A stretch of DNA of 37,496 nucleotides from Cytophagales bacterium (GCA_031416415.1 JANOTP010000283.1:1-37496), one strand, 5' to 3'; shown: positions 16,405 through 25,763, numbered from the stretch's first letter. Made by a program: numbers and translations. The notes: a model not told the origin generated them from the sequence alone.

Positions 16405-16461
16405 TTGCTAACTTTTTTTTAATCTTTAACTAACTACTAATTACTCAGGACTCAATACTAT

Positions 16462-17565
16462 TTACTTCTTCTCAGGTACAAACAATTGTTTCAATTGCTC
16501 CACCACTTGAGAGTTTCCTCCCAATGAAATACTGTTGATTTTTTCCGCGATTTTCTCTACGTACTCCATCTCTTTCAATTTGAACAGCATTGCGTTATCT
16601 TCCATCAATTTTGCAGTGTTCAGCAAACTTCTGGTCGAAGCAGTTTCCTCTCTTCGCATGATGGTATTGGCTTGCGCTTTTTTCTCGGCTACCAACACTT
16701 GGTTCATAATTTCTTTCACATCGCCTGGCAATATGATGTCTTTTATCCCGCAAGCACTCAACGCAACACCCATTCCCTCCGCTTTTTCTTTTACCGCTTC
16801 CAAAATAATTGGCGCTACCGATTCTTTTCGGTCCAACAATTCATCGAGCGTCAACGAGCCAATGACGGCACGAATAGAAAGCTGAATAAGGGTATACAAT
16901 TGTTTCTCATAGTCCTTATTTTCAAGCAATGCTTTTTCAATATCCGAAACTTTGTATTGTGCATGGAAATTTAATCGTATCGCTGCTTTGTCTTTTGTAA
17001 GCAATTCTTGTCCAGAAATTTCCATGGACACCAATCGTGTATCGGCTTTCAACACCGTCATCACAACTGGATTTTTCCAGAAATAATACACCCCAGGACC
17101 AAGCATTCGTTCGAATTTTCCTTCTACAAATAACAAACCTTTCTCATAAGACTCTACCACATAAACGCGCACGTAGTTTAGAATTTCTTTTCTTACCAAC
17201 GTAAGTTTATCAATCGCTTCAGTAATTTCTGGTTTGCTAATATCGGCGATTACGAATTCGTGTTTAATCACACCGTTCCAAAACGCATAGCGTCCAGCAG
17301 TAAGCACATTTTTGAAAACACCGTTTTCATAATGCAAGGCAAGTTCGTTGTCTTTCACTTCAACTGAATTCAATAAGGCTGCTAATGCTTCGTCTTTCAA
17401 GAGAATACCAAGGTCAAAAGGAGCTTGGAAGGCTTTTGTCATATCGTATTCCAAAACAGATTCGTTTGGTAGCACCCAAAAAACTCCGTTGGTAATTACT
17501 CTATTATAAGCACCATTTTTAACTACTAATCCTACTGTGTAGGCATTCACTCTTTTACGTAACAT
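16462..17565 (-). CDS. SPFH/band-7 (stomatin/prohibitin-like) domain protein
   Basis: 367 aa; band-7-like core with a C-terminal coiled region ..KEIMNQVLVAEKKAQANTIMRREETA.. Confidence 0.65.
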   Translation of the reverse strand: MLRKRVNAYTVGLVVKNGAYNRVITNGVFWVLPNESVLEYDMTKAFQAPFDLGILLKDEALAALLNSVEVKDNELALHYENGVFKNVLTAGRYAFWNGVIKHEFVIADISKPEITEAIDKLTLVRKEILNYVRVYVVESYEKGLLFVEGKFERMLGPGVYYFWKNPVVMTVLKADTRLVSMEISGQELLTKDKAAIRLNFHAQYKVSDIEKALLENKDYEKQLYTLIQLSIRAVIGSLTLDELLDRKESVAPIILEAVKEKAEGMGVALSACGIKDIILPGDVKEIMNQVLVAEKKAQANTIMRREETASTRSLLNTAKLMEDNAMLFKLKEMEYVEKIAEKINSISLGGNSQVVEQLKQLFVPEKK

Positions 17566-17902
17566 ACTTGTATAATTTAATTTTTAAAACTTTTATTCTT
17601 TTTAATAAAACAAAGCGAAACAATTCTTCCACTTTCGAGGAGCATGATTTTAGCAAAAACGCTAGAACTGGTTTTTATAACGATACTTCTCTCTGGTCTA
17701 TCTCTTCCCTCCTTAGCGTTACAGGAGGGAAGAAGCGGCTTTCTGAAGTTTCCTTTTTATAAAAAGCAGGCCTTTTTATTGTTGCGGTATCCACTATACT
17801 TCAAACGATTGCAGAATTGTTTTTTGTCCGAAGACCAAACCGAACTGCTTTCGCTTTGTTTTTTCAGGTACACCTTTTTAAAGAAGTGGTGCGCTTCGGA
17901 AT

Positions 17903-17985
17903 ATGGAGTGTTAGTCCATAGTCTGCTACTCTACCAACTGAGTTATCCTGTCTCTCGACACGAGTGGGATTCGAACCCACGACCC
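17903..17985 (-). ncRNA. candidate ncRNA module: circularly permuted tRNA-like structure (T-arm, then acceptor stem capped by a GAGA tetraloop, then D-arm, then anticodon-like hairpin), Y-RNA (YrlA)-like tRNA mimic
   Basis: Minus strand 5'-GTGGGTTCGAATCCCAC-TCGTGTC-GAGA-GACAGGA-TA-ACTCAGTTGGTAGAGT-AGCAGACT-ATGGACTAACACTCCAT-3'; TCGTGTC/GACAGGA pair 6 of 7 bp; lies in an 850-nt ORF-free stretch. Confidence 0.35.
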
Positions 17986-18252
17986 ACAGGGTGGTGAACA
18001 ACCTTTCACTTACACAAGCAGCATACAATTTTTACATCGCACTACTGGGCTATTCAGAAACCCAAATCCGGTCTTGGCAAACTACTCGCTGTCCGCGCTT
18101 TCTTGTCTTTCGACAAGGAAGATCTTTTGCTCCCCAACTGGCGAACGGAATATTTTCAATGAATGATTTATCTTATTTAATCCTATCATTCAATCAGCTA
18201 AATCATTGTAAAGAACGTTTTCTTTTTGTTGACGATTCAAAATAACAAGGCC

Positions 18253-18273
18253 AGTACGCAGACTATTTGCGTA
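18253..18273. promoter_or_regulatory. operator-like imperfect palindrome gTACGCAgaCTATTTGCGTAg, upstream of the WYL regulator
   Basis: Shares the 12-mer CTATTTGCGTAG (reverse complement CTACGCAAATAG) with the site at 18353-18373. Confidence 0.4.
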
Positions 18274-18352
18274 GTAAAAAACTAATTTAAAATAACTTAT
18301 AATTATTTGACTAACAATTAAATAAATTGAAAAATAAATACACAAATTTTTT

Positions 18353-18373
18353 CTACGCAAATAGATTGCGTAG
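18353..18373. promoter_or_regulatory. operator-like palindrome CTACGCAAATAGATTGCGTAG, 42 nt upstream of the WYL regulator start
   Basis: 8-bp perfect arms CTACGCAA/TTGCGTAG; second member of the pair 100 bp from the first. Confidence 0.4.
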
Positions 18374-18414
18374 TTCGACTTTTCTTTTGATCTTGTTCTG
18401 CTAAAATAAAGCTT

Positions 18415-19425
18415 ATGCCGATAAATAAACAAGCGCTCATTCGTTACAAAGTCATTGACCAATGTTTACAAAACCGACAACGCAAATGGTCTTTGGAAGA
18501 TCTAGTGGAAGCCTGCTCTGAAGCGCTCTATGAATTTGAGGGTATAAAGAAAGGAGTAAGTTTACGCACCGTGCAACTAGATATACAAACCATGCGCAGT
18601 GAAAAGCTTGGCTACAATGCTCCGATTATAGTAGTAGAGAAAAAATATTATTCTTACGAAGACAAAAATTACAGCATTTCAAAAATTCCACTCTCCAAAC
18701 AAGACTTAGGAATGCTTACAGAAGTGGTAGGACTTTTGAAACAATTGAAAGGACTAAATTATTTTGAAGAAATGAGTGGCATGATTGCCAAGTTGGAAGA
18801 CAAAGTAATAACACAAAAAACTCAAGGCCGATCAACGATTGATTTTGAAAAAAACGAATTGTTGAAAGGGCTTGAGTTTATAGATCCTTTGCACAAAGCC
18901 ATTTTAAATGAAACGACCGTTCAAATTACCTATCAATCCTTCAAAGCACGCAACGCATCTGATGTTATTTTTTACCCCTATCTATTAAAGGAATACAGAA
19001 ATCGATGGTTTGTTTTTGGGATGACTAGAAGGGGCAAAGCCTTACAAAACCTTGCCCTCGACCGTATCGTGGAAGTGCACGAATTGCCAAACATAACGCC
19101 AGACCCACCAACTGCAGAGATTGAAAATTATTATGCAGACGTTATAGGCGTTACCAAATCACTGGGTCAAAAAGCTTCTACGGTGGTGTTGAGTGTAGAC
19201 AAAGCTACTATTCCTTATGTTCTAACAAAACCACTTCATGCTTCGCAAACCATTTTAAAAGAACCAACCGAAGAAGGGCATACATTGATAAGTATAAATG
19301 TTGTTTTAAACTTTGAATTGGAAAGGGAGATTTTGGGTTTTGGAGAAAAGGTAAAAGTTTTAGCGCCTAGGATTTTAGTGAAGAGTATTAAGAAACGGTT
19401 GGAAGAGGCGGTTGGAAAGTATTAG
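18415..19425 (+). CDS. WYL-domain transcriptional regulator (HTH-WYL-WCX architecture)
   Basis: N-terminal HTH (ALIRYKVIDQCLQN); central WYL signature FYPYLLKEYRNRWFVFG; 336 aa, typical length. Confidence 0.75.
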   Translation: MPINKQALIRYKVIDQCLQNRQRKWSLEDLVEACSEALYEFEGIKKGVSLRTVQLDIQTMRSEKLGYNAPIIVVEKKYYSYEDKNYSISKIPLSKQDLGMLTEVVGLLKQLKGLNYFEEMSGMIAKLEDKVITQKTQGRSTIDFEKNELLKGLEFIDPLHKAILNETTVQITYQSFKARNASDVIFYPYLLKEYRNRWFVFGMTRRGKALQNLALDRIVEVHELPNITPDPPTAEIENYYADVIGVTKSLGQKASTVVLSVDKATIPYVLTKPLHASQTILKEPTEEGHTLISINVVLNFELEREILGFGEKVKVLAPRILVKSIKKRLEEAVGKY

Positions 19426-19619
19426 TAAAGCGTAGTTTATTGTTCCATGCTGGGTAGACTTCACCTATCATAGAGCATTTTTATAAAAACTACACTCGCT
19501 GGCAAGTCTCTAGACTTGTGCCAGCTGGTAAAAATAATCAATAATATTTTCCTGCCTTTGTACTCCGTAGTCTGTAAGTCACAGACTACGGAATAAAATA
19601 CATTATTTTCAGCAAACAG

Positions 19620-21161
19620 TTAAAACCCTATTTTACCTATCTTATATTTCTTGCCCCTTATAGACAACACTAAATATTCACTTTTGGATAAGTATTGAGA
19701 TGTAATAGGTTTGAATATTGTTTTACCATCCGTGTCTTTGGCTTCAAACATTGATAATTTTTCAAGTTCTCCTGCTTTATTAATTGAGACCATTACCGTT
19801 ATAGCATCTTTAGCATTAGATAATGCATATAGTTTTTCTGGGTCAGCTTCGTCTATATTTTTTTTATGATCGTTGTACAAAACATAAATCATATCATCCT
19901 TCATGGCATACATATACGAAAAATAAGTTGGCGAACCACTTCTTTGTAATTTGGGAATTTTGACTTTCCATAAAATCTCTCCTGTAGCTGAAAATTTTAT
20001 GCCCATTATGTGGTTGTAATTATAAACAGTTGTCGTAGTTGTGTGCCCTGATGAATTGGTAGAAGTATATACTTGTACATAATATTGTTCCGCCATAATA
20101 ATAGTGTTCCCCTCCTCATCAATATCCATGTGGTCGATTGAATAATTATATAATTCTTTTCCTTTTGAAGCTTTTTTTGCACTTATGAATAAACTCAAAA
20201 AATCAACATCAAAAGGTTTTACTTTCTGTGTAATAATTGACTTTGTTGAAGGATTTATTTTCATATAAAAAGCTCCTTTAAGAGAATTTTCAGATTTTTC
20301 GGAATAGAATCCTGCAGCAATAATATTCCCTTCTTTATCAGGTCTAATGGCTATTCCAGATGCATAAGCGTCGCCAATATCTGGCTTAAACTCTTTTATT
20401 TCTTTCGTAGAATAAAAATAAGTGATCAACGTATAATAAAAACCAGGCTCTCCTTTTTCTCTTTCTTTTCTTGGTATTTTAACCTTCCCCAATATGTGCA
20501 AATTAGCATCATTGTCTATTACATATTTCTCTATTTCAAAATTCTTAGAACTGTAAGGAAGTGTTAATCGGTTTTCCCAAATAAGATTTAAATTCTGATC
20601 CAACGCTTTAAAATAATAGGATTCCTCCTCGTTTTTATCTTCCTTTAGATCAGAAGACAAAAGAATTTTTGTAGTATCGAACGATGTTCTAAACGAAATA
20701 TTTGGCGCGCTTCTTCCTTGCTCAGGCATTTCCATGAGTACTTTAGATTCAGCACCAACCTCTCCATTTTTTGAAATTGTATTAGCCAATAAATATTTTA
20801 CCTTTTCTTTATTATCCCAAAAAGTGGTAAATAAATAAAATTGATTAGCAATTTTATTAGCGGTAAAATACGCTACCTCATTATTATGAAATCTAACAAT
20901 AAGTTCTTTGCTGAAAATTTGTTTTAGGTTGTTATCGTATCGCTCCATTACTCCTGTATTTGTCCCAGCAGACATATAGGAGAGTGTATTTGCATAAACG
21001 ACATTAAACCCATCCGCATCTCTCGATAGGACATCAGTGAACGAAAGCGTTTTGCTTTTTTCCATTTCATCCGTCCAGGTAATCGCTACCTTGCTGTTTT
21101 GGGAAAATACAAAAGGGGAAATAAGAAGTGAAAATACTCCAATGAGTAACTGTTTTTTCAT
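19620..21161 (-). CDS. secreted hypothetical protein (513 aa), probably beta-rich
   Basis: Signal peptide MKKQLLIGVFSLLISPFVFSQ. Confidence 0.6.
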   Translation of the reverse strand: MKKQLLIGVFSLLISPFVFSQNSKVAITWTDEMEKSKTLSFTDVLSRDADGFNVVYANTLSYMSAGTNTGVMERYDNNLKQIFSKELIVRFHNNEVAYFTANKIANQFYLFTTFWDNKEKVKYLLANTISKNGEVGAESKVLMEMPEQGRSAPNISFRTSFDTTKILLSSDLKEDKNEEESYYFKALDQNLNLIWENRLTLPYSSKNFEIEKYVIDNDANLHILGKVKIPRKEREKGEPGFYYTLITYFYSTKEIKEFKPDIGDAYASGIAIRPDKEGNIIAAGFYSEKSENSLKGAFYMKINPSTKSIITQKVKPFDVDFLSLFISAKKASKGKELYNYSIDHMDIDEEGNTIIMAEQYYVQVYTSTNSSGHTTTTTVYNYNHIMGIKFSATGEILWKVKIPKLQRSGSPTYFSYMYAMKDDMIYVLYNDHKKNIDEADPEKLYALSNAKDAITVMVSINKAGELEKLSMFEAKDTDGKTIFKPITSQYLSKSEYLVLSIRGKKYKIGKIGF

Positions 21162-21342
21162 AGCTAAAATGTTTCAAGGTGAAAGTATAATTCGAATATA
21201 GAAAATAGAAATCAACTTGACAAATAAAATAAATAGCCTAATACATTGTCCCCCTTGTGCGGCTGGCTTTGTACTAGCGGAGGGGGACAGCTACGTTGGA
21301 CTAAAATAAGTTTAAGCTCTAAGGTTGATAGCTGGCGTTCGA

Positions 21343-21381
21343 CATAACCATAGAATAAAATATTTTTATTCTATGGTTATG
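21343..21381. terminator. perfect 18-bp AT-rich palindrome CATAACCATAGAATAAAA-TAT-TTTTATTCTATGGTTATG, terminator of aspS
   Basis: Directly downstream of the aspS stop; symmetric A/T runs. Confidence 0.55.
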
Positions 21382-21400
21382 AAAACTGATATAGATTCAT

Positions 21401-23161
21401 TTATTTCTTCATCACTTCCTTCACCGCAATACTCAACTCATCCAATTGTTTTTCAGAAATTGTAGAAGGAGAATCAATCATCACGTCGCGACCGGCGTTG
21501 TTTTTTGGAAAGGCGATAAAATCTCTTATTGAATCGGAACCACCAAACAATGAACATAAACGATCAAAACCGAATGCTAGTCCACCGTGTGGAGGAGCGC
21601 CATATTCGAAGGCTTCCATGATGAAACCAAATTGATGTTTCGCTTCTTCATCGCTAAAGCCTAACATGCTAAACATTTTTGCTTGAAGCGCTTTATTGAA
21701 AATACGAATAGAACCACCACCTATTTCAACACCATTTATTACTAAGTCGTAAGCATTCGCCCTTACCGCTGCTGGATTGGTTTCTAGCATCTCCATGTCT
21801 TCTGGTTTTGGAGAAGTGAAAGGATGATGCATAGCGAAAAATCTTTTTTCTTCTTCGTTGTATTCAAACAATGGGAAATCAACTACCCAATGGGCGGAAT
21901 ATTTATCTTTGTCACGCAGACCAAGTCTGGTGCCCATTTCAAGACGAAGCTCACTAAGTTGTTTGCGCGCATCGTTTGCCGAACCGCTGATTACTAAAAT
22001 TAAATCGCCAGGTTTAGCATTAAATTTCGCTGCCCAAGATTTTAAATCTTCTTGAGAATAAAATTTATCTACAGAAGATTTTAATGTGCCATCTGCTTCG
22101 TAACGCATATAAATAAGGCCTTTTGCCCCTATCTGCGGACGTTTCATCCATTCGGTCAATTCGTCTAATTGTTTTCTGGTATACGAGGCACAACCTTCTG
22201 CACAAATTCCCAATACTAATTCTGTACTGTCGAATACTACAAAACCTTTTCCTTTGGCTACATCATTCATTTCTACAAATTTCATTTCGAAACGAATGTC
22301 TGGCTTGTCGTTACCATAATACTTCATGGCATCGGCATAGGTCATGTGGGGAAGCTTAGGAAGATCTAATTTTTTTACTGTTTTAAATAAGTGACGAATT
22401 AATCCTTCAAACATATTTAAAATATCTTCCTGAGTGATGAACGACATTTCACAGTCGATCTGTGTAAACTCTGGTTGACGGTCTGCACGTAAGTCTTCGT
22501 CGCGGAAACATTTTACGATTTGGTAGTAACGGTCAAAACCTGCCACCATCAACAATTGTTTGAAGGTCTGTGGCGATTGCGGTAAAGCATAAAACTCCCC
22601 TGGATTCATACGGGAAGGGACCACAAAATCACGTGCACCTTCGGGTGTTGACTTTATAAGTACTGGCGTTTCTACTTCAATAAAACTTTGTCCATCAAGA
22701 TAATTTCTTGTTTCTTTTGCCACCTGATGACGCAGCTCAAGATTTTTTCGAACGATATCACGACGAAGATCGAGATAACGGTATTTCATGCGGATCTCAT
22801 CACCCCCGTCCGTTTTGTCTTCAATAATAAAGGGAGGTAGTTTTGCAGAATTTAGAATTTCAATTTCTGATATTCTAATTTCAATATAACCAGTTGGTAT
22901 TTTATCATTTTTAGAAATACGTTCTACTACAAGCCCGCTCGCTTTTATAACAAATTCTCTACCCAGTTTCCTTGCAGCAGCCAATGTAGCAGCATCGGTT
23001 TTTCCTTCTTCCAAAAGAAGCTGTGTTATACCATAACGATCGCGCAGATCAATATACACCATACCGCCGATGTCACGTATTTTGGCTACCCAACCGCAAA
23101 GTACAACGGGTGTATTTATATCTGAAATTCTTAATTGTCCGCAATGGTGTGTTCTAAGCAT
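21401..23161 (-). CDS. aspS: aspartate--tRNA ligase (start taken at [11 protein letters not shown]; track ORF extends to a GTG at 23188)
   Basis: Class II aaRS motifs; N-terminus matches AspRS MRTHYCGELR..; 586/595 aa. Confidence 0.9.
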   Translation of the reverse strand: MLRTHHCGQLRISDINTPVVLCGWVAKIRDIGGMVYIDLRDRYGITQLLLEEGKTDAATLAAARKLGREFVIKASGLVVERISKNDKIPTGYIEIRISEIEILNSAKLPPFIIEDKTDGGDEIRMKYRYLDLRRDIVRKNLELRHQVAKETRNYLDGQSFIEVETPVLIKSTPEGARDFVVPSRMNPGEFYALPQSPQTFKQLLMVAGFDRYYQIVKCFRDEDLRADRQPEFTQIDCEMSFITQEDILNMFEGLIRHLFKTVKKLDLPKLPHMTYADAMKYYGNDKPDIRFEMKFVEMNDVAKGKGFVVFDSTELVLGICAEGCASYTRKQLDELTEWMKRPQIGAKGLIYMRYEADGTLKSSVDKFYSQEDLKSWAAKFNAKPGDLILVISGSANDARKQLSELRLEMGTRLGLRDKDKYSAHWVVDFPLFEYNEEEKRFFAMHHPFTSPKPEDMEMLETNPAAVRANAYDLVINGVEIGGGSIRIFNKALQAKMFSMLGFSDEEAKHQFGFIMEAFEYGAPPHGGLAFGFDRLCSLFGGSDSIRDFIAFPKNNAGRDVMIDSPSTISEKQLDELSIAVKEVMKK

Positions 23162-23187
23162 AATCCTAACTATTTTGTAAAAGGTCA

Positions 23188-23195
23188 CAAATATA
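23188..23195 (-). promoter_or_regulatory. -7 motif TATATTTG (minus strand) 27 nt upstream of the aspS ATG
   Basis: TAnnTTTG match; supports the shorter aspS start. Confidence 0.3.
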
Positions 23196-23215
23196 GTGAA
23201 TAGAAGAATATTTCT

Positions 23216-23223
23216 TAAATTTG
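23216..23223 (+). promoter_or_regulatory. -7 motif TAAATTTG upstream of the YebC-family gene
   Basis: TAnnTTTG match 37 nt upstream of ATG 23260. Confidence 0.3.
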
Positions 23224-23259
23224 AAGATTAATATACTTTAGGAAACGAATTTAATACGC

Positions 23260-23970
23260 ATGGGAAGAATATTTGAAACAAGAAAGCATACCATGATGGC
23301 CCGCTTTGATAAAATGGCCAAAGCTTTTACAAGAATAGGAAGGGAAATTGCTATTTCCGTCAAATCAAACGGTCCTCTTCCTGAAAACAATCCCCGTTTG
23401 CGTACCCTAATGCAAAATGCTAAGGGCGTTAACATGCCCAAAGATAGAATTGAAGCTGCTATAAAAAGGGCTTCAAGTAAAGAAGAAAAAGATTTTGAGG
23501 AGGTGATTTACGAGGGTTATGGTCCTTACGGTGTGGCACTTCTCTTCGAAACAGCTACCGATAATATTTTTCGTACTGTAGCAGATATTCGTGCTATTCT
23601 ATCGCGTGGAGGAGGATCTTTAGGCAAAACAGGCTCACTAGATTTTATCTTTACTAGAAAAGGGGTGTTTAAATTCTTAAAAGAAAACAGAGATATTGAT
23701 GAATTAGAGCTTGAATTGATTGATTTTGGTGCTGACGATGTGGCGATTTCTGCTGAAGGCGATGTTTATATATATTGCGCTTTCCAAGACTTTGGAAAAA
23801 TGCAAAAAGCTCTTGAAGACAAGGGAATAAACATTATAAGTGCTGACCTACAACGAATTCCTAACTCTTATACAGAAGTTACTGCAGAACAAGAAGAGGA
23901 AATACTTCTTCTCATAGAAAAATTTGAGCAGTACGATGATATACAGGTCGTTTACCATAACATGAAATAA
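23260..23970 (+). CDS. YebC/PmpR family DNA-binding transcriptional regulator
   Basis: MGRIFETRKHTMMARFDKMAKAFTRIGREI..; 236 aa, family-typical. Confidence 0.85.
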   Translation: MGRIFETRKHTMMARFDKMAKAFTRIGREIAISVKSNGPLPENNPRLRTLMQNAKGVNMPKDRIEAAIKRASSKEEKDFEEVIYEGYGPYGVALLFETATDNIFRTVADIRAILSRGGGSLGKTGSLDFIFTRKGVFKFLKENRDIDELELELIDFGADDVAISAEGDVYIYCAFQDFGKMQKALEDKGINIISADLQRIPNSYTEVTAEQEEEILLLIEKFEQYDDIQVVYHNMK

Positions 23971-24112
23971 GTTTACTGTTATATAATCCTTGTTCCAACA
24001 ACTATTAACATTTCTAAGAAGATTTTAAAAAACAAATTGTTAATTTTGACACTAAGCCACTTTTCTACTAAAGCAGGGCTTTTAATTTTTATTCACCTTA
24101 AATAGTTATACG

Positions 24113-24532
24113 ATGGGATTTATTAAAGAATTTAAAGAGTTTGCCATGAAAGGCAATGTTGTCGACCTTGCAGTCGGTGTTATCATTGGTGGAGCTTTTG
24201 GTAAAATTGTATCTTCTATGGTAAACGATATTATAATGCCTCCCATAAGTCTAGTACTTGGTGACAAAGGATTTACAGAACTTTTTTATGCACTAAACGG
24301 AAAAGTTTATCCCAATCTTATAGCAGCTAAAGCAGATGGTGCACCAATATTAGCCTACGGAAGTTTTATTCAAACCGTGATAGATTTTACTATTCTTGCC
24401 ATCATTATTTTTTTAATGATAAAAGGAATTAACTCAATGAAGAAAAAAGAAGAAGTGGCAGCAGCAGTAGACCCTGAGCCAACGACAAGTGAGAAACTTT
24501 TAATGGAAATAAGAGACTCTTTAAAAAAATAA
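24113..24532 (+). CDS. mscL: large-conductance mechanosensitive channel
   Basis: [41 protein letters not shown].. matches MscL. Confidence 0.9.
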   Translation: MGFIKEFKEFAMKGNVVDLAVGVIIGGAFGKIVSSMVNDIIMPPISLVLGDKGFTELFYALNGKVYPNLIAAKADGAPILAYGSFIQTVIDFTILAIIIFLMIKGINSMKKKEEVAAAVDPEPTTSEKLLMEIRDSLKK

Positions 24533-24556
24533 TTTACAGTAGAAATCTTTAACAAA

Positions 24557-25591
24557 ATGAAAAATTTATTATTAAATCTAACACTCTTTGTAGCAACATT
24601 CTCTTTTGCTTACAGTCAAGATTCTACTGCCACAAAAGATACTTTATATTGGCACAGAGGAACAACTCTTGCTGTGAATCTAGCACAAACTAGTCTTACC
24701 AACTGGAATGCTGGCGGGCAAAATTCTATTGCGTATAACGCGCTTTGTAACTCTTTTTTAAATTATGAAAAAGACAAACTAGTTTACAGCAATTCTTTAA
24801 CATTAGCTTTTGGACAAGCAAATCTTGCCGATAAAGGCTGGAGAAAAACAGACGATCGTTTGTATTATATAAGTAAGCTGTCGTACAAGAAATCTGAAAA
24901 ATTACGCTACACGATTTATTTAGATTTTCTTACTCAATTTGCTGATGGATTTAATTACATACAAAGTGTTTCCAATCCAAATGAAGATACTGCTGTGTTA
25001 GTTTCAAGATTTATGTCAAGAGGCTACAGCACACTGGCAATAGGCGCTGAATACACACCAACGAAAGGTTTATTTATTTTCTTCTCTCCTCTTTCTATGA
25101 AATCTACTTTTGTAGGTTACCAGCCTTTTGCAAATGCTGGAGCTTTTGGAGTGAGGCCTGAATACATTGATAAAAATTCAGGAAATAGAATTGCAGGTAA
25201 AAATACGTTGTTTGAACCAGGAGCTTTATTGGATATAGTTTACAATAAAGATTTTACTAAAAATATTGCATTTCAAACAAAATTATCATTGTTCTGGGCA
25301 TATATGAGAAAAGCTTATGAGATTGATGGCGCAGGTATTTTACAAAATGAAACCTATGTTTTTAACAAAAATGTAGATGTAATGTGGGATCTATCCTTAG
25401 TAATGAAAGTTTCAAAATACATCACTGCAAGTATTACTACTTCACTTATTTATGACGATGACATAAAAGTATTAAGATCCAAATATGCAAACGATCCAAC
25501 AAATCCAAAAGCTATTGGTCCTGCTATACAATTCAAACAAGTATTAGGAATTGGATTACAAGCTACATTTAAGTCTAAATACACACTGTAG
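24557..25591 (+). CDS. putative outer-membrane (beta-barrel-like) protein with signal peptide
   Basis: Signal peptide; alternating amphipathic beta-strand pattern; ends in an aromatic residue. Confidence 0.5.
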   Translation: MKNLLLNLTLFVATFSFAYSQDSTATKDTLYWHRGTTLAVNLAQTSLTNWNAGGQNSIAYNALCNSFLNYEKDKLVYSNSLTLAFGQANLADKGWRKTDDRLYYISKLSYKKSEKLRYTIYLDFLTQFADGFNYIQSVSNPNEDTAVLVSRFMSRGYSTLAIGAEYTPTKGLFIFFSPLSMKSTFVGYQPFANAGAFGVRPEYIDKNSGNRIAGKNTLFEPGALLDIVYNKDFTKNIAFQTKLSLFWAYMRKAYEIDGAGILQNETYVFNKNVDVMWDLSLVMKVSKYITASITTSLIYDDDIKVLRSKYANDPTNPKAIGPAIQFKQVLGIGLQATFKSKYTL

Positions 25592-25625
25592 ATATTGTAA
25601 TTAATTTAATACATATTCAGAAGAA

Positions 25626-25668
25626 AAGGAGTTAGCTATTAAACTAATAGCTAACTCCTTTTTATTTT
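25626..25668. terminator. bidirectional terminator AAAGGAGTTAGCTATT-AAAC-TAATAGCTAACTCCTTT + T-run between convergent genes
   Basis: Perfect 16-bp stem flanked by A/T runs. Confidence 0.7.
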
Positions 25669-25763
25669 TGCCCACACAACTAAGTAGGCACAATCCAAAA
25701 ACTAAGACAACTAACTTAATTGATAATGGAGAAAAGCTATCTCCACTATCAATTAAAGAATTT

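Noticed and set aside
16090-16461. tmRNA (ssrA) hypothesis for the T-arm-containing region
   Set aside because: No GGGG...CCA acceptor pairing and no tag-peptide reading frame ending in ALAA-like residues. Only a T-arm is present.
17903-18060. Canonical tRNA gene on the minus strand
   Set aside because: T-arm and D-arm are in permuted order. An attempted cloverleaf gives a 6-nt anticodon loop without U33 and no matching acceptor 5' strand. Treated as a tRNA-like module, not a tRNA.
17568-18462. Small ORFs 17568-17762, 17644-17997, 17964-18245 and 18190-18462
   Set aside because: Short, overlapping and low-complexity. They cover the tRNA-like module and the operator palindromes. Region interpreted as noncoding.
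19486-19591. Two hairpins (CTGGCAAGTCT..AGACTTGTGCCAG and CCGTAGTCTGT-AAGTC-ACAGACTACGG) between convergent genes
   Set aside because: Most simply explained as terminators for the convergent WYL and 513-aa genes. No further signal.
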